Assembly (NCBI GenBank): GCA_003220975.1
Contig: QHTX01000127.1
Coordinates: forward strand, 27,709-60,216
DNA: 32,508 bases
Direction of reading: 5' to 3'
From: Gemmatimonadota bacterium
GTDB lineage: Bacteria; Gemmatimonadota; Gemmatimonadetes; Gemmatimonadales; GWC2-71-9
Shown: positions 1-7,041 of the stretch, in pieces
How positions within the stretch are numbered: position 1 is the first letter of the stretch
How the letters are laid out: each line of letters opens with the position of its first letter
Translations under genes and position numbers: made by a program
The notes under the pieces: generated by a model
Seen by the model: only the letters and a program-made list of their open reading frames with translations
What the model was told of the DNA's origin: nothing
The model's database searches: none

Positions 1-1
1 C

Positions 2-265
2 TGGGAGGATTACGCCGGTACGCGGAGCCTGCGGGTCGCGGGCACCGTGTCATACACGGTAGCCGGCACGGCCCAGACTGCCAGGCAGCCCGTCCAGATT
101 GCGGGGCAGGGTACGGGCACCGGCGTCTCGTTCATCGCTGCCGACGGCCGTTTCATGGGCGCGGAGTCTCGGGACTCCGCCAACCTCACCTATCGCTTCC
201 TCAACGAGGGCGTGACGCTACCCGTGGTCCAGGTCACCCGGACGACCGTGGCGGTATTGCCCTAG
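2..265 (+). CDS. C-terminal fragment of a hypothetical protein (ORF open to the window start)
   Basis: Frame 2 has no stop from position 2 to the TAG at 263-265. The GTG at 47 in the track is probably internal. I recognise no family. Confidence 0.35.
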   Translation, partial: WEDYAGTRSLRVAGTVSYTVAGTAQTARQPVQIAGQGTGTGVSFIAADGRFMGAESRDSANLTYRFLNEGVTLPVVQVTRTTVAVLP

Positions 266-1065
266 TGCGACTCGGACTCCCGCTGGCGCTGCTCCTCGCC
301 GCGGCCAGCGCGTCCGCGCAGGTTGCCGCGAACCGGACCACGCTCTACCTGCACCCGACGGACGTCACCGACGCGCGGGCGCTGTGGGTGAATCCGGCCG
401 GTCTCGGCCGCTTCCAGGAAGCGTCGCTCCACCTCGATCTGACCGTGGGCGACCCCGGCGCGGCCGGCCGGCTGCGCCAGCTCACACTGGGGTTCAACTC
501 GCGTGGCTTCTCCTTCGGCTACCAGCGCGACGTGTTCGACGGCGGCGTGCGGGGCCACACCTACCGCCTCGGGTTCGCCGGCGGGCGCGCGGGACTGGCG
601 GCGGGCGTCGCGGCGGCGCTGTACCGCGGCGGCACGTCGGGGACGGGCTGGGACGCCGGAATCCAGTACGACGCGACGCCGCAGGTCACCGTGGGTGGGG
701 TGATCGAGAACGTGGGTCAGCCGACGGTGCGCGACTCGACGCTCCGGGCCGCGTACGTGCCCGGTGCGACCGTGCGGCTCTTCGCCGCCCGCGCCGCGCT
801 GTCGGTGCACGGGCGCTTCACGTCGGACGGCGTGGTGGGCTACGCCTTGGGCGCGCGCGGGGGGCTGCGGGAAGGCACCTCGCTGCCCGTCCGCGTGCTG
901 GCACGCATCGACACCGACCGTTCGCTGCACCGCACCGCCTTCACGTTCGGCCTGTCGCTCGGTGGACAGGACGCGGTCGGCGTCGTGGCCACGACGCCGG
1001 GCGACGCCGCGCACCTCGACGCACTCAGCCTCTACGGGCTCTCCACCCGGCGTTTCACGCGGTAA
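265..1065 (+). CDS. Putative secreted outer-membrane beta-barrel protein
   Basis: Signal peptide MRLGLPLALLLAAASASAQ. NPAGLG motif near the N-terminus, as in FadL/PorV-type barrels. Gly/aromatic-rich alternating segments. The GTG start overlaps the upstream stop (TAGTG). Confidence 0.5.
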   Translation: MRLGLPLALLLAAASASAQVAANRTTLYLHPTDVTDARALWVNPAGLGRFQEASLHLDLTVGDPGAAGRLRQLTLGFNSRGFSFGYQRDVFDGGVRGHTYRLGFAGGRAGLAAGVAAALYRGGTSGTGWDAGIQYDATPQVTVGGVIENVGQPTVRDSTLRAAYVPGATVRLFAARAALSVHGRFTSDGVVGYALGARGGLREGTSLPVRVLARIDTDRSLHRTAFTFGLSLGGQDAVGVVATTPGDAAHLDALSLYGLSTRRFTR

Positions 1066-2471
1066 CCGGGCTGCCGGATCTCGCCCTCGATATGGAACCC
1101 GACGCGCGGGTCGGCCGGCAATAGCCGGTTTACCCGGCGCGCCAGCGTCCAGAAGCCCCGCAGCGATAAGTGCGTAAACACCGTGTCGCGCCGGCCCCCC
1201 CGCGTGGCCGGCAGGAGCGCGAACAGGAAGTGCGGGCCGCCCCGCCAGCTCGCGAAGAACGTGTAGGTGACGCTGTCACGCCGGTACGAGCGAGTGCGGC
1301 GCGGTGCCGCCACGACGACGCGCCGCTGGCCGACGACGAGCAGGATCGAATCCTGGGGACCGTCGGGCATGAACGCGAGCTGCACCGTGTCGGACGGCGC
1401 GAGCGCCGCCCGGCGCCGCAGCGCGGTGGCCACGCTGTCCGGGACCGGGGCGACGGCGTCGAGCCGCGGCGGCCCGCTGAAGAGCGTCCAACTCACGACG
1501 ACGGCGCCCGCCACGAAGGCGGCGAACGCGAGACACCCGGCGACGCCGACGCCCACCAGCGACCGGATCGCGACCGCGCTGCCGCGCACCCGCACGCGCT
1601 CGCCCGCCGCGGCCGGGAGCGCCTCGACGAGCGCCCGGCTCACCTGCTCCGCGGTTTGAAAGCGCTCCGCCGGATCCTTCGCGAGCAGCCGCTCGATGAC
1701 GGCGGCGAGCGCCGGGGGGACGTCGCTCCGCAGCTGCCGGATCGGCACCGGGGTCGCGGTGGCCTGCTTCATCAGGATGGATTGGGCCGACTCGCCGTCG
1801 AACGGCGGCGAGCCCGCGAGCATCTGGTACAGCACGACGCCGAGGCCGTAGATGTCGGACCGCGCGTCCACCGCGTCGCCGGTGGCCTGCTCCGGGCTCA
1901 TGTACTGCGGCGTCCCGACGACCATCCCTTCCGTCGTGAGCTGGCTGGTGCCGGACGCCTCCTGGGCGGCCTTGGCGATCCCGAAGTCGGTCACCAGCAC
2001 GTGCCCCGAGGTGTCGAGCAGGATGTTGTCCGGCTTGATGTCGCGGTGCACGACGCCGAACCCGTGCGCGTAGTCCAGCGCGTCGGCCACCTGCCGCCCG
2101 ATGCGCCCCGCGTCGCCGACCGAGAGGCGCCCGTACTTCTCGAGCAGCTGCCGCAGCGACGGGCCGTCGAGGCAGCGCATCACGATGTAAAGCACTTCGT
2201 TCTTGTGGCCGCCGACCTTGTAGATCGGCACGATGTGCGGGTGTTCGAGCTGCGCCACCGTCCGCGCCTCGCGCACGAATCGCACGGCGAGCGACGGCGA
2301 GGGGGTGAGGCCCAGGTCGATGACCTTGACCGCCACGTCGCGGTTCAACGGCTGCTCGCGGACGCGGAACACCGCGGCGAATCCGCCTTCGCCGAGCAGG
2401 TCCCCCACGGTAAATTCCTTTCCCAGGGCCTGCTGCAGGCGGCGACGCAGCGTGACGGTATCGAGCGACAT
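1032..2471 (-). CDS. Membrane-anchored Ser/Thr protein kinase with an unassigned C-terminal domain
   Basis: Kinase motifs GEGGFAAVF, VAVKV, HRDIKPDNILL, DFGIAKA and SPEQ. One hydrophobic segment (LVGVGVAGCLAFAAFVAGAVVV). About 150 aa at the C-terminus match no family I recognise. Confidence 0.9.
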   Translation of the reverse strand: MSLDTVTLRRRLQQALGKEFTVGDLLGEGGFAAVFRVREQPLNRDVAVKVIDLGLTPSPSLAVRFVREARTVAQLEHPHIVPIYKVGGHKNEVLYIVMRCLDGPSLRQLLEKYGRLSVGDAGRIGRQVADALDYAHGFGVVHRDIKPDNILLDTSGHVLVTDFGIAKAAQEASGTSQLTTEGMVVGTPQYMSPEQATGDAVDARSDIYGLGVVLYQMLAGSPPFDGESAQSILMKQATATPVPIRQLRSDVPPALAAVIERLLAKDPAERFQTAEQVSRALVEALPAAAGERVRVRGSAVAIRSLVGVGVAGCLAFAAFVAGAVVVSWTLFSGPPRLDAVAPVPDSVATALRRRAALAPSDTVQLAFMPDGPQDSILLVVGQRRVVVAAPRRTRSYRRDSVTYTFFASWRGGPHFLFALLPATRGGRRDTVFTHLSLRGFWTLARRVNRLLPADPRVGFHIEGEIRQPGYRVKRRVESP

Positions 2472-3348
2472 GACGGACGCGAAACCTAGGAACGCGCGAC
2501 GGCTGGCGCTAGGGATTGTCGGCGCGGCGCTCGTGTGGCTGCTCGGCGTGTGGCCGCCGCCCGTGTGGTGGCGGGATCACTGGCCGCGCGAGACGGCGAT
2601 GATGCGAGAAGGGCGGCCGGAAGGTTGGAATGGCGGAAGGTTGGAACGTTCCAACCGTCCAACCGTCCAACCGACCGCCCTGAAGGACATCTCCCCGCTG
2701 CTCCAGCGCATGGTCATCATCGGCGAGGACTCGCGCTTTCGCACGCACCACGGGATCGACCCGGCGGAGATCGGAGACGCGCTCGGCCTGGGTCGGCGGA
2801 AGGACGCCTGGGGCACCATCGTCGCGGCGTGGCGGCAGCGCGACGCGCTCCGCGGAGCGAGCACGATCACGCAGCAGCTCGCCAAGAACCTGTACCTCTC
2901 GTCCTCGCGCAACCCGCTCCGCAAGCTCAAAGAGGCGATCACGGCGTTGCGGCTCGAGCTCGCGCTCTCGAAGGATCGCATCCTGGAGCTGTATCTGAGC
3001 ATGGCGCAGTGGGGGCCCGGGCTGTGGGGCGTGGACGCGGCGAGCCGCGCCTACTTTGGCGTGCCGCCGTCGCGCCTCGACGAGGCGCAGGCCGCCGCCC
3101 TCGCCGCGACCCTGCCCCACCCACTCACCTCCACCCCTACGTTCCGGCCCGACCGCACGCTGGCGCGGCGCGACCTCATCCTGGCTCGCTACCACGGCGG
3201 GGACGTGTACATCCCGCCGGAAGAGGAGGACACGGTACTGCTCGTGCCGCCGGTGATTGCGCCGCCCATCGAGTCGCTGAACGTTCAGCTGCGGGTGCAG
3301 GCCGACACAGCACAGGACACAGCGACCGTTCACAAGGACAGCAGCTAG
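2470..3348 (+). CDS. mtgA: Monofunctional peptidoglycan glycosyltransferase (GT51)
   Basis: ATG at 2470 (MTDAKPRNARRLALGIVGAALVWLLGV is a TM anchor). GT51 motifs IIGEDSRFRTHHGID, RGASTITQQLAKNLYL and RKLKEA. The track ORF from 2233 is an upstream extension. Confidence 0.85.
   Translation: MTDAKPRNARRLALGIVGAALVWLLGVWPPPVWWRDHWPRETAMMREGRPEGWNGGRLERSNRPTVQPTALKDISPLLQRMVIIGEDSRFRTHHGIDPAEIGDALGLGRRKDAWGTIVAAWRQRDALRGASTITQQLAKNLYLSSSRNPLRKLKEAITALRLELALSKDRILELYLSMAQWGPGLWGVDAASRAYFGVPPSRLDEAQAAALAATLPHPLTSTPTFRPDRTLARRDLILARYHGGDVYIPPEEEDTVLLVPPVIAPPIESLNVQLRVQADTAQDTATVHKDSS
2615..2680. repeat. Octamer-periodic inverted repeat element (type 2), inside mtgA
   Basis: GGCCGGAA GGTTGGAA TGGCGGAA GGTTGGAA cg TTCCAACC GTCCAACC GTCCAACC GACCGCCC. 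That is 4+4 octamers, 66 nt in total. The core GGTTGGAACGTTCCAACC is a perfect 18-bp palindrome. Confidence 0.85.
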
Positions 3349-3457
3349 ACGAGACGGGTAGACGGACAGACGGATAGCGGCGGGAAGCGAGAAGGGGTTA
3401 GGATCGAGCTCTCCTGACCCTACTCACTGGACACCGCTACCCGTCTACCCCGTCTAG
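3345..3457. terminator. Long imperfect palindrome filling the convergent mtgA/dnaN spacer; candidate bidirectional terminator built from octamer repeats
   Basis: Left arm: GACGGGTA GACGGACA GACGGATA (3353-3376). Right arm: TACCCGTC TACCCCGTC (3438-3454). Central hairpin GGGGTTAGGA-tcgagctc-TCCTGACCCT (3394-3421). The outermost CTAGAC / GTCTAG contain both genes' TAG stops. Confidence 0.55.
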
Positions 3458-4566
3458 TCCACTAGCCTTAAGGGCATGACCAACGCCATATAGCTCGCCG
3501 GGTCGTCCCAGCCGACGGGCTCGACGGTGGCCGCGCGCTCGGGGGCCTTGAAGGTGAAGCGCACCTCGTCGGTGGGCATGAATTTGAGGATCTCGAGCAG
3601 GTACTGGGCGTTGAACCCGATCTCGAGCGGCTCGCCCTCGTAGGTCACCGCGAGCTCGTCCTGGGCCTCACCCAGGTCCGGCGTCTGGACGGAAAACTTG
3701 GCCGCACCACCCGCGAACGCGAGGCGAATCCGGTGCGTCTGGTCGCTCGCCACGACGCTCATGCGCCGCAGCGCCGCCGCCATCGCCGCCTTGTCCACGG
3801 TGGCGGCCTTGTCGTTCTCCCGCGGAATCACCTGCTCGTAGTTCGGGTACGGCCCCTCGATCAGGCGCGAGAATACGAGCGTGCCGCCGGCCCGGAACCC
3901 GATGTGGTTGTCGCTGCGCGCGATCTCGATGTCGGCATCGGCGGCGAACAGCCGGCGGATTTGCTCGAGCGCCTTGGGCGGCACGATCAGATCGGCGGTG
4001 GAGCCCCCGCTCGCGGGGACATCCATCTTCGCGAGGCGATGCCCGTTGGTCGCCACCATGCGCATCCGGTCGGGCCGCAGCTCCCACAGCACGCCGTTGA
4101 GGATCGGCCGGCTCTCCTCCGTGGATGCCGCGAACGCGACGTGGCCCACGAGCTTGTGCACCACGCCCGCCGCGGCCTTCCACGCGCCGTCGAACTTCAC
4201 GGCGGGGAACGACGGGAACTCCTCCCGCGGCAGCCCTAGGAGCTTGAACTTGGAGCGCCCGCACTCGATCGCGACGCGCGACTCACCGGCGGCGGTAAAG
4301 CGCACCGGCCCGGAGGGCAACTCGCGCGCGATGTCGACCAGCTTCTTCGCGGGTAGCGTGACCGCGCCGTCTGCATCCACGTCGGCCGGTGCGGTCGTGC
4401 TCACGGCGATGTCGAGGTCGGTCCCCGAAAGGCGGAGACCGCCTCCCTGCTTCGTCGCCTCGACCAGGACGTTGGCCAGCACCGGCAGCGTCGTCTTGGC
4501 CGGGATCGCCGCCGCGACCGCGCCCAGGCCTTCCTGCAACTGCTCTCGTGTGATCGTGAACTTCAT
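3454..4566 (-). CDS. dnaN: DNA polymerase III beta sliding clamp
   Basis: 370 aa, MKFTITREQLQEGL...MPLRLVD, with typical clamp length and N- and C-termini. Lies directly downstream of dnaA. Confidence 0.95.
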   Translation of the reverse strand: MKFTITREQLQEGLGAVAAAIPAKTTLPVLANVLVEATKQGGGLRLSGTDLDIAVSTTAPADVDADGAVTLPAKKLVDIARELPSGPVRFTAAGESRVAIECGRSKFKLLGLPREEFPSFPAVKFDGAWKAAAGVVHKLVGHVAFAASTEESRPILNGVLWELRPDRMRMVATNGHRLAKMDVPASGGSTADLIVPPKALEQIRRLFAADADIEIARSDNHIGFRAGGTLVFSRLIEGPYPNYEQVIPRENDKAATVDKAAMAAALRRMSVVASDQTHRIRLAFAGGAAKFSVQTPDLGEAQDELAVTYEGEPLEIGFNAQYLLEILKFMPTDEVRFTFKAPERAATVEPVGWDDPASYMALVMPLRLVD

Positions 4567-4605
4567 CTGCCGCTATCGCCTCGCCGGGGTAAAGAAGCTA
4601 CTGCT

Positions 4606-4614
4606 ATACCCACA
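4606..4614 (+). promoter_or_regulatory. DnaA-box-like 9-mer ATACCCACA
   Basis: Matches TTATCCACA at 7 of 9 positions. Abuts the trinucleotide run. Confidence 0.4.
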
Positions 4615-4638
4615 TAGAAATACTAGTAGTAATAGTAG
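4615..4638 (+). promoter_or_regulatory. DnaA-trio-like phased trinucleotide array
   Basis: TAG AAA TAC TAG TAG TAA TAG TAG. All eight triplets are in one 3-nt phase with a central A, and six fit TA(G/A). Followed by the GC cluster AGCGCGGGG (4639-4647). Confidence 0.45.
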
Positions 4639-4742
4639 AGCGCGGGGAAATGTTCGCGAATCGGGCTAACCCATGGGCGGGGCGCGCATCGCGCTCGCGT
4701 GAGCACCTGACCCAAATGTTGGGACTGTTGGTATCCGGCCGC

Positions 4743-4794
4743 TTTCCCACGCTCCCCGCCCGTTCCCACACCCACCAACATGGCCCTTCCCACA
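4743..4794 (+). promoter_or_regulatory. Three direct DnaA-box-like 9-mers
   Basis: TTTCCCACG (4743-4751), GTTCCCACA (4762-4770) and CTTCCCACA (4786-4794). Each matches TTATCCACA at only 6 of 9 positions, but they share the core TTCCCAC. Confidence 0.4.
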
Positions 4795-4800
4795 TGTTGG

Positions 4801-6183
4801 CTAGAGTGCGGACAACTCCTGGCGCGCCATCTCGACGCGCTCCTTGAACGTCCGGTCCCGCATCATCTGCCGCTCCACCTTGTCCACTGAGTGGATCACC
4901 GTGGAGTGATCTCGCCCCCCGAATGCCTGTCCGATCTCGACGAGCTGCATCCCCAGCATGTCCCGCGCGAGGTACATCGCCACCTGGCGCGGGATCGTGA
5001 GCGTCTTGGTGCGCGCCTTGGAGCGCAGGCCCTCCGGGGTGACGCCCCAGCGCCGCGCGACGACTTCCTGCACGCGATCGATGCTCGGGGTCGGTTGCGT
5101 GTAGCTCGCGCCCTCCTCCCCCTGCCGGATCTTGTCCGACAGGGCCTCCCGCGCGAGTTCGATCGTCACCTCGCGGTTCTTGAGCGACGCGAACAGCAGC
5201 AGCTTGATGATGCACCCCTCGAGCTCGCGCACGCTCTGCCGGACGTGCTCGGCGATGAAGCGCAGCACGTCGTCGGGGATCGTGAGCTCGAGATGGTCCT
5301 GCTCGGCTTTCTTCCGGAGGATCGCGATGCGGTGCTCGAGGTCCGGATGCCCGATGTCGGCCACGAGCCCCCACTCGAACCGCGAGATCAGGCGGTCTTC
5401 CAGGCCCGGGATCTCCTTGGGGGGGCGGTCCGACGTGAGCACGATCTGCTTGTGCCCCTCGAACAACGCGTTGAAGGTGTGGAAGAACTCCTCCTGCGTC
5501 ATTTCCTTGCCTTCGAGGAAATGCACGTCGTCGACGAGGAAGAGGTCCACGTCGTTGCGGTAGCGGCGCCGGAACTCGGACATCGTGCGCGCGTGGATCG
5601 ACTCGATCACCTCGTTGATGAACTGCTCGGCGCCGAAGTAGTGCACGCGCGTCCCCGGGTATTTCTTGAGCACCGCATGCGCGATCGCCTGCATCAAGTG
5701 CGTCTTCCCCAGGCCGGTCGCGCCGTAGATGAACAGCGGGTTGTACGTCTTGCCCGGCGCCTCGGCGACGGCGTGCGCCGCGGCGGCCGCGAGCTCGTTC
5801 GACTTCCCGATGACGAAGGTCTGGAAGGTGTAGCGCTCGTTGAGCGGCGTCGTGGGCACGGCCGCCTTGTCGCCCCCCGCCCCCGGCTCGCGCGGCGCCA
5901 CGAAGAAGTCCATCTGCGGTCGTTGCTGCCGATCTTCCTGCACGCGGAACACGACCGCCGTGGGGCGACCGAACACGCGCTCGGCGGCGCGCGCCAACAC
6001 GCTGGCGTGCTTCGACTCGTTCCACTCGACCGCGAACTGGTCCGGTGCGCCGACAATCAGCCGGTCGTCGTCCAGCGCGATCGGCACCGCCGGCTCGAGC
6101 CAGGTGCGGACCGTCGCGTCGGGAAGTTCGCGCCGCGCTTCGTCGAGCAGGCGCTTCCAAGCTTCCTTAGTAGACTGCTCCAT
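4801..6183 (-). CDS. dnaA: Chromosomal replication initiator DnaA
   Basis: Walker A GATGLGKTHLMQAI, Walker B LVDDVHFL, and C-terminal DNA-binding region GGRDHSTVIHSVDKV. 460 aa. Confidence 0.97.
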   Translation of the reverse strand: MEQSTKEAWKRLLDEARRELPDATVRTWLEPAVPIALDDDRLIVGAPDQFAVEWNESKHASVLARAAERVFGRPTAVVFRVQEDRQQRPQMDFFVAPREPGAGGDKAAVPTTPLNERYTFQTFVIGKSNELAAAAAHAVAEAPGKTYNPLFIYGATGLGKTHLMQAIAHAVLKKYPGTRVHYFGAEQFINEVIESIHARTMSEFRRRYRNDVDLFLVDDVHFLEGKEMTQEEFFHTFNALFEGHKQIVLTSDRPPKEIPGLEDRLISRFEWGLVADIGHPDLEHRIAILRKKAEQDHLELTIPDDVLRFIAEHVRQSVRELEGCIIKLLLFASLKNREVTIELAREALSDKIRQGEEGASYTQPTPSIDRVQEVVARRWGVTPEGLRSKARTKTLTIPRQVAMYLARDMLGMQLVEIGQAFGGRDHSTVIHSVDKVERQMMRDRTFKERVEMARQELSAL

Positions 6184-6225
6184 CCGCGAATGACGAGAGG
6201 TGGGACGTCCAGCAAGGGCGGCCCG

Positions 6226-6254
6226 AAACTACGGCTCGCTTGTGGAAAAGTCAA
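6226..6254 (-). promoter_or_regulatory. Predicted sigma70-type dnaA promoter
   Basis: The minus strand reads TTGACT-17 nt-TAGTTT, about 36 nt upstream of the dnaA ATG. Confidence 0.45.
6241..6249 (+). promoter_or_regulatory. Near-consensus DnaA box TGTGGAAAA
   Basis: Matches TGTGGATAA at 8 of 9 positions. Sits in the spacer of the predicted dnaA promoter, which fits autoregulation. Confidence 0.55.
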
Positions 6255-6256
6255 CC

Positions 6257-6286
6257 TTGACCCGCGCGCCGACCCCGGTGTACGTT
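6257..6286 (+). promoter_or_regulatory. Possible rpmH operon promoter
   Basis: TTGACC-18 nt-TACGTT. Its -35 lies 2 bp from the dnaA -35 on the opposite strand. Confidence 0.35.
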
Positions 6287-6308
6287 TCCCGCCTCACGAG
6301 AGGAATTT

Positions 6309-6470
6309 ATGGGCCCGACCTATCGCCCGCGCAATCGGCGGCGCATCAATAAACACGGATTTCGGGCGCGGATGAAAACAGTATGGGGCCGCGCCGTCCT
6401 GTCCCGCCGGCGGAAGAAGGGCCGCAAGCGCCTCACCGTCCGCCTGCCGTCCAAACACCGGAGCCGGTAA
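6309..6470 (+). CDS. rpmH: 50S ribosomal protein L34
   Basis: Not in the ORF track (53 aa). My translation is [53 protein letters not shown]. It carries the L34 hallmark (YQP-like, RxHGFRxRM, GRKxL). SD GAGAGGA lies upstream. Canonical position before rnpA. Confidence 0.9.
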   Translation: MGPTYRPRNRRRINKHGFRARMKTVWGRAVLSRRRKKGRKRLTVRLPSKHRSR

Positions 6471-6493
6471 CGGCACAGCGGTTTCCGCGCCGC

Positions 6494-6808
6494 GTGCGCC
6501 TCGCCCGCGGCTCGGAGCTGACAGCCTGCTGGGATCACGGTCGCCGCTTGCGCACTCGGCATCTCGACCTGGCGTGGCGCTCGAATCGTGCGGGCCACCC
6601 GCGGATGGGAATCATCGTACCTCGCTTCCAGTTCACCGCGGTAGCCCGCAATCGGTTGCGCCGCCGCCTGAGAGAGATTCTTCGACGCGAGGCGCTCGCG
6701 TCGCTGCCCGCCGTCGACCTCGTCGTGCGCGCGAATCGCTCCACCTACTCCGCCGCGTTTACCGTCCTCCGCGCCGAATTGACGAGCGTCGTGAGCCGCC
6801 TCACATGA
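6494..6808 (+). CDS. rnpA: Ribonuclease P protein component
   Basis: Motifs [15 protein letters not shown] and LDLAWR..., with the expected position after rpmH. The start is uncertain. GTG 6494 avoids overlap with rpmH. The track ATG 6383 would overlap rpmH by 88 nt. Confidence 0.8.
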   Translation: MRLARGSELTACWDHGRRLRTRHLDLAWRSNRAGHPRMGIIVPRFQFTAVARNRLRRRLREILRREALASLPAVDLVVRANRSTYSAAFTVLRAELTSVVSRLT

Positions 6809-7032
6809 ACGTGCGTCGCTGGCCGCGGCTGGCGGTCATGGCACTGATCCGCGCGTACCAGCTGACGCTGTCCCATCTGGTGTTCACGCAATGTCGCTTC
6901 ACGCCTTCGTGCTCGCACTACGCGTTCGAGGCGGTGGAGCGCTATGGCGCGCTGCGCGGGTCGTGGCTCGGCGTGAAGCGCATCCTCCGGTGCCACCCGC
7001 TGCACCGGGGCGGCTACGATCCGGTGCCCTGA
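6805..7032 (+). CDS. yidD: Membrane protein insertion efficiency factor YidD
   Basis: MNVRRWPRL...[46 protein letters not shown]. The ATG overlaps the rnpA stop (ATGA). Confidence 0.9.
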   Translation: MNVRRWPRLAVMALIRAYQLTLSHLVFTQCRFTPSCSHYAFEAVERYGALRGSWLGVKRILRCHPLHRGGYDPVP

Positions 7033-7041
7033 GAGCGGCTC

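Larger units (their letters stand above)
4567..4800. other. Candidate chromosomal replication origin (oriC) in the dnaA-dnaN spacer
   Basis: 234-bp non-coding gap between dnaA and dnaN. Positions 4589-4640 are roughly one-third G+C by my count, in a ~70% GC window. Contains a phased TA(G/A) trinucleotide run, a GC cluster, and four same-orientation CCCAC-core 9-mers. Confidence 0.6.

Noticed and set aside
2233-2469. Upstream extensions of track ORFs: 2233 for mtgA, 10079 for the DoxX-like gene, 11850 for the beta-propeller, 12616 for the pentapeptide gene, 19653 for pabB, 21266/21739, 25762, 26888, 29632 and 32423
   Set aside because: In each case an internal start coincides with a 4-nt overlap, an SD sequence, or the expected family N-terminus. 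The extension also runs through the neighbouring gene.
4615-4638. TAGTAGTAATAGTAG as merely a multi-stop insulator after dnaA
   Set aside because: It lies more than 160 bp from the dnaA stop and on the opposite-strand reading. Its single-phase periodicity and AT-rich context fit an unwinding element better, though this is unproven.
6383-6493. ATG 6383 as the rnpA start
   Set aside because: It would overlap rpmH by 88 nt in another frame, and it adds a Pro/Ala-rich extension. GTG 6494 lies just after the rpmH stop, although it truncates the FPRR residues, so the start stays uncertain.
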